Source: Candidatus Jordarchaeales archaeon
GTDB lineage: Archaea > Asgardarchaeota > Jordiarchaeia > Jordiarchaeales > Freyrarchaeaceae
Reading direction: 5' to 3'
DNA length: 14,257 nucleotides
Assembly (NCBI GenBank): GCA_038889235.1
Contig: JAWAHN010000002.1
Location: 1-14,257, forward strand
Part shown: piece after piece, positions 10,409 through 14,257 of the stretch
Layout of the letters: each line of letters starts with the position of its first letter
Position numbering within the stretch: the stretch's first letter is position 1
Position numbers and translations under genes: made by a program
The notes under the pieces: generated by a model
Databases searched by the model: none
What the model was told of the DNA's origin: nothing
The model's input: only the letters and a program-made list of their open reading frames with translations

Positions 10409-10505
10409 TTACTTCCACGCGAACCCGAAGGGGAGCAACGCTTTTAAGCGTTATGCCAGAATGGTTTCCCAGCACCCTTTCAAATTAATGATGGAGGGAA
10501 GCGTC

Positions 10506-10877
10506 TTGGGAAAAGTTCGGCCGACGTATGTTAAGAGGGTGGCGCGCCAAATAATGGCGGAGTACGGCCACCTGGTGACAGACAACTTTGAAGAAAACAA
10601 GAAGCTGTTAAACGAGCTCGCCTTGATAAGGTCGAAGAAGCTACGCAACAAGGTTGCAGGGTACCTTGTGAGGCTAGTGAAGCTCAGCCGCGAAGAGTAC
10701 GTGTACCCAACGGCTGAAGAGAGGAGAAGCGAAGAGGAGTACGAGCGGGAAATCCAGAAGTACGCAGCCGAGTCAAAGCAGGCTGAGGAAGCCCTGGAAG
10801 GAGAAGAAGTGGTTGAGGAAGAAGCCGAAGAAGCTGTGGAAGAAATAGAAGAGGAGCTGGAGGAAGGCTCAGAGTAG
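10506..10877 (+). CDS. rps17e: 30S ribosomal protein S17e with long acidic C-terminal extension, about 123 aa
   Basis: (M)GKVRPTYVKR...F..NK...SKKLRNKVAGY signature; TTG 10506 follows a GGAGG SD and matches the canonical eS17 N-terminus. Confidence 0.93.
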   Translation: MGKVRPTYVKRVARQIMAEYGHLVTDNFEENKKLLNELALIRSKKLRNKVAGYLVRLVKLSREEYVYPTAEERRSEEEYEREIQKYAAESKQAEEALEGEEVVEEEAEEAVEEIEEELEEGSE

Positions 10878-11025
10878 TGCTCCCCCTCCAGCTTTAGCCG
10901 TAATGTTTAAACTAAAAAGTGGTGTGTTTAAGGTAGTGAGGCCCTTTGTACTTAGCGCTACCCACGCCACGGGCTGCTTGCTGCTCTGCTCCGACTGGTG
11001 AGCTGCTTCCGGAACAGTTCCCGCA

Positions 11026-11337
11026 CTATGTTACGTCTATTTTGTCTGGGGAAAAGCCGACTGAGACCAGGAAGTCCCTGGCTTTATACCTGTGGTCTCC
11101 TTGAAGCTCTATCCTCCCGTCTTTGAAAGTCCCACCGCAGGCGCAATAGGCTTTCAGCTTCGCCGCCAGCTCCTCTAAGTCTATTTCTCTCCCGTCTATT
11201 CCCTCTATTATTGTGACCTCTCTACCCCACTTTCTCTTCTCGAGCCTCAGCTTTACTCTTTGCTCCTCCTTACCGATTTCCTGGCACACGCAGAGGTCTT
11301 TTGGAAGACCACACACGGGGCATATTTGGTGCGCCAT
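11026..11337 (-). CDS. sui1: Translation initiation factor aIF1 / SUI1
   Basis: CPVCGLPKDLCVC zinc knuckle, EKRKWGREVTIIEG, LKAYCACGGT, IELQGDH; ATG 11337 preferred over TTG 11352. Confidence 0.95.
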   Translation of the reverse strand: MAHQICPVCGLPKDLCVCQEIGKEEQRVKLRLEKRKWGREVTIIEGIDGREIDLEELAAKLKAYCACGGTFKDGRIELQGDHRYKARDFLVSVGFSPDKIDVT

Positions 11338-11427
11338 AATACACCATTCCAACCTTTGTTCAGAATGCTCCCATTTTACTTGAAAACGTGAAGTTATTAA
11401 TGTTGCGGTACGCTTCCTTCAGCCGCG

Positions 11428-12144
11428 CTACGGCTCTGCCTCGCTCCAAGCCTTCTCCACTTCCTCCGCTGTAAGCTTTCTTAGCTTCTTGTCCTTCTTC
11501 TCGACCACGGCAACCTCAACCTGGTCCTGGCTTAGGTTGTCGACCGCCGTCCTGAGTGCTTCTATAGCTAGCTTCACCGACTCCGCGACCGTTATGTCCC
11601 TCCTGTACCTCTTCTCCAAGACCTTCATTGCTTTATCCTCGTTCTCCCCTATAACTGCCGCCATGTAGCCTATGGCTGCCCCACTGGTGTCTATGACAAT
11701 CACCTCGGGCTCGCCGTCGTCGGCTACTCCGCCTATTATCAAGGCGCAGCCGAAGGGCCTCACCCCACCGAACTGCGTGTACTGCTGCATCGTGAGCGAC
11801 AGCCGCCTGGCTACGAATGAGGGCTTAGCCCCTTCACCGTATATCATCCTGTACCTCTGCGCCACGCGTCTCGCTAGGTCTGTTAGTACACGCGAGTCGG
11901 ACATGTAGCCTGCGCCAACGATCCCCATGTGCTCATCCAACATCAAGACCTTCTCGTAGTCGTCGAGCAGCTTCTCGTGCTTCCTTTTGACCCCCGCTAG
12001 GACCACGCCGTCCGCAGCCCTTATCCCGACGGCTGGAGCCCCCCTCCTCACAGCGCTCTTAGAATACTCCACCTGGAATATCCTCCCGTCGGGGGAAAAC
12101 ATTGCAATCGTCTTATCGTACTCGGAGATCTCAAGATACTCCAC
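11428..12144 (-). CDS. psmA: 20S proteasome alpha subunit (divergent), 238 aa
   Basis: YD...FSPDGRIFQVEY N-terminal signature, QQYTQFGGVRPFGCALIIGG, non-catalytic alpha-type Ntn pattern. Confidence 0.93.
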   Translation of the reverse strand: MEYLEISEYDKTIAMFSPDGRIFQVEYSKSAVRRGAPAVGIRAADGVVLAGVKRKHEKLLDDYEKVLMLDEHMGIVGAGYMSDSRVLTDLARRVAQRYRMIYGEGAKPSFVARRLSLTMQQYTQFGGVRPFGCALIIGGVADDGEPEVIVIDTSGAAIGYMAAVIGENEDKAMKVLEKRYRRDITVAESVKLAIEALRTAVDNLSQDQVEVAVVEKKDKKLRKLTAEEVEKAWSEAEP

Positions 12145-12292
12145 TTTACATCCCCCATTTCAGCCTCATCTAAGCCGGCGGCCTTTAAAAAGATGCCTCT
12201 ACTACGACCACATCAATACTAGTGTAACACTAAAATATTTTTTACGTGGGGTTCTCTGCTTCAATTAGTTTTCCCGTTTCCTGGGTGGTTTC

Positions 12293-13774
12293 TTGAGGTT
12301 GCTCGAGGAACACCTTTGCCCCCTCTGCAGGGAAAGAGAGGCCAGCTACTATTGTGAGTCATGTTTCCTAATGTTCTGTTCCTCTTGTTCGAAGAAGAAG
12401 CTCGTCCAGTACGCTGTCTGCGAGAGGTGCGGTGAAGTCCACTTGTTAGATGGAAGGTCCAGCCGTGCAGATTCCTGCTTCATCTGTGGACACGACCGAA
12501 TGAGGCTGGGGGTCAGAAAGCTGTCAGTCTGCCCCCGCTGCCTCTCCGAGAGCGTGTCCGACTTAAACAAGAAGAAAGAGGAGCACGCGGCTAAGCTAAG
12601 AGAGGTCGCCCGCGCCCTCCTTTCCGCCTCGTCCGCAATGCTCAACGTGGTGAACTCCACCTCCAAGGCCAAGTCCCGATTGCTAGCCCTCAGGAGAAGC
12701 GGCTTCCTCCACGACCCAAACCTGGAAGGCGAAGTCCTCGGGCTATACGAATCCATCTCAGCGCTCAAGCTCAAGGCCGTCTCGAAGGCTGAAGCGATAA
12801 CCGGTAGCCTTGTCTCCAGGGTCGCCTCCCTGCTCAAAGAGTGGTCCCCTCTGAGAATCAGGGAGATAGAGGCCTGCTTTGGGCAGCTGGAAGGAGCCCT
12901 AAAAGAGTACAAGCGGCTCGTCGAAGAAGAGTGCAAGGCTCTTGAGGAAAGGCTGAAGCAGCTATCCACCTCCCTAGACCACTTGGAGTTCCACAGGAGG
13001 CTCTTCGACGAGTTCAAGTGGCTCCTCGACATCGGGGAAAAAGAGAAGCCCGTCTGCGCCATCCCCCGGGTCAAGTACACTGGAAGCTCGTACCTGTCGT
13101 CGAACAAAGGGGAAGGCATACTCTTCCTAACGACGGAAAGGCTCATCTTCCTTAAGAAAGATGGGCTCCTGAGGAAGAGCTACAAGAAGCACTTCTCAAT
13201 TTTCATAGACGAAGTTGAGGAGGTTAAGGTAAGACGGAGGCTGCGCCGCTCGTTCACCGTGAAAACGCCGAAGGGAACGGTGTCCTTTAAAGCCCCACCC
13301 TACATCTTGGAAAACGTTGAAGCCTACTTCGCGCTCGCCAAAAACTTCGACGAAAACTCCCAGTTAAACCGCTCGCTGACGCTCAGGCTCGAAGGCATCG
13401 CGGTTGGGCTGAGCGACTTCAGGAAGGCGGTAGCCTCCCTCATGGAGGCGGCGCTCAAAGCCGACGAAGAGGGCAAAAGGAGCCAGGACGCCAGTGCACA
13501 ACCCTCCCAGCCGCCGCCTCCACCACAGCGCAGGCCCAGCCCTCCTCCCCCGCCACCCGCAGTGGACCAGGTCTCCCTCCTGGAGCTCGAGAAGAAGAGG
13601 TTCGCCGTTGAGCAGAACCTTAGGAGGCTTAAAGAGCTTTGGGAGAGGGGGGAGATACCCCTAGAGGACTACTTAAAGTTCTCTAGGAGGCTCGAAGGCG
13701 ACCTATACGAGCTCAACGTGAAAATTGAGAGCCTTAAAGGTGCAGGCCGCGGCCAGCAACCTCAGTGGTCCTAA
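12293..13774 (+). CDS. Multidomain protein: B-box/FYVE-like 12-Cys zinc region, helical bundle, PH/GLUE-like domain, polyproline linker, steadiness-box-like C-terminus; 493 aa
   Basis: Long ORF with host-like codon use, TTG start after GGGTGG. Six CxxC pairs (aa 9-83), heptad-rich helices (aa 90-240), GILFLTTERLIF beta motif (aa 275-286), Pro runs (aa about 403-424), C-terminal LKELWERGEIPLEDYLKFSRRL. The CDS is confident; domain names are by-eye inference. Confidence 0.85.
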   Translation: MRLLEEHLCPLCREREASYYCESCFLMFCSSCSKKKLVQYAVCERCGEVHLLDGRSSRADSCFICGHDRMRLGVRKLSVCPRCLSESVSDLNKKKEEHAAKLREVARALLSASSAMLNVVNSTSKAKSRLLALRRSGFLHDPNLEGEVLGLYESISALKLKAVSKAEAITGSLVSRVASLLKEWSPLRIREIEACFGQLEGALKEYKRLVEEECKALEERLKQLSTSLDHLEFHRRLFDEFKWLLDIGEKEKPVCAIPRVKYTGSSYLSSNKGEGILFLTTERLIFLKKDGLLRKSYKKHFSIFIDEVEEVKVRRRLRRSFTVKTPKGTVSFKAPPYILENVEAYFALAKNFDENSQLNRSLTLRLEGIAVGLSDFRKAVASLMEAALKADEEGKRSQDASAQPSQPPPPPQRRPSPPPPPPAVDQVSLLELEKKRFAVEQNLRRLKELWERGEIPLEDYLKFSRRLEGDLYELNVKIESLKGAGRGQQPQWS

Positions 13775-13887
13775 ACGCTCCGGAGAAGGGAGCCGCTAGG
13801 GCCCCCGGGAGAAAAACCGCTTACACACTAGGCGCTATAAGCAGCCCCGAAAACAACAGTGCGGCTTGGAGTTTGCGTCCTTCGGCG

Positions 13888-14257
13888 TTACTCCTTCTCC
13901 TCAGCCTTCTTTTCCTTCTTTACCCCTTCGAGCTCCTTCTTGGCTTCTTCGAGCTCCTCCAATAGCTGCTGTTTCTCTATGATGGGCGGTTCGGATGGAA
14001 CCTCCGGCTCCGCCACCCCTTCCATCGCTATCTCTGCCTCCAGCTTGTTGAGCTCAGCGGTCACGTCGACGTCCTCTATCCCGAAGCCTATGGGGGACGA
14101 GAGTAGCTCGCCGCTCCTGTCTATCTCCCTCATCATCTGCTCGTGCTGAACTGTCATCTCCATTATGTCGTCCGAGCTTGCAAGCTTCATGGCGCTCTCC
14201 ATGAGCCGGCCAGCTGCCTCCACGCTCTCCTTAACCTGCACTATGTCGTGGGCCTGC
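13888..14257 (-). CDS. ESCRT-III protein, Snf7/Vps20/32/60 class (5' part outside the window)
   Basis: Frame stays open to the window edge (..QAHDIVQVKESVE..). LLSSPIGFGIEDVDVTAELNKLEAE resembles the CHMP4/Snf7 PVGFG...ELxxLE segment; EPEVPSEP resembles a MIM2 motif. Confidence 0.82.
   Translation of the reverse strand, partial: QAHDIVQVKESVEAAGRLMESAMKLASSDDIMEMTVQHEQMMREIDRSGELLSSPIGFGIEDVDVTAELNKLEAEIAMEGVAEPEVPSEPPIIEKQQLLEELEEAKKELEGVKKEKKAEEKE

Noticed and set aside
10878-11025. Possible small RNA between convergent rps17e and sui1
   Set aside because: No C/D boxes, tRNA cloverleaf or convincing stem found by eye.
12349-13146. 265-aa minus-strand ORF
   Set aside because: Ser-rich antisense shadow of the 493-aa gene.

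Overview
Archaeal chromosomal window; the ESCRT content points to an Asgard archaeon (inference). Bases 111-3912 are a CRISPR array of 50 repeats and 49 spacers. An A/C-rich leader lies on the left and no cas genes are in the window. The repeat switches from a 37-nt to a 36-nt form for the last 10 copies. Downstream genes are tfb, a CoA-type Nudix hydrolase, a DUF2148-like protein, a HIT hydrolase, rpl40e (missed by the ORF track), a 4xCBS protein, cdc48, rps17e with a long acidic tail, aIF1/SUI1, a divergent proteasome alpha subunit, a 493-aa multidomain protein and a truncated Snf7/Vps20-class ESCRT-III. Main observations: (1) the 493-aa protein appears to combine a B-box/FYVE-like zinc module, helical bundle, GLUE/PH-like domain, polyproline linker and Vps23-like steadiness box, and lies next to an ESCRT-III gene with a CHMP6-like MIM2 motif; (2) spacers 2 and 39 match the same codon window of homologous genes in opposite orientations; (3) a 76-bp stretch is nucleotide-identical between the D1 and D2 Walker A regions of cdc48; (4) a strong, gene-strand-independent G+T skew starts at the array trailer and fades over about 3 kb. 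All family assignments come from motifs recognised by eye, not database searches.
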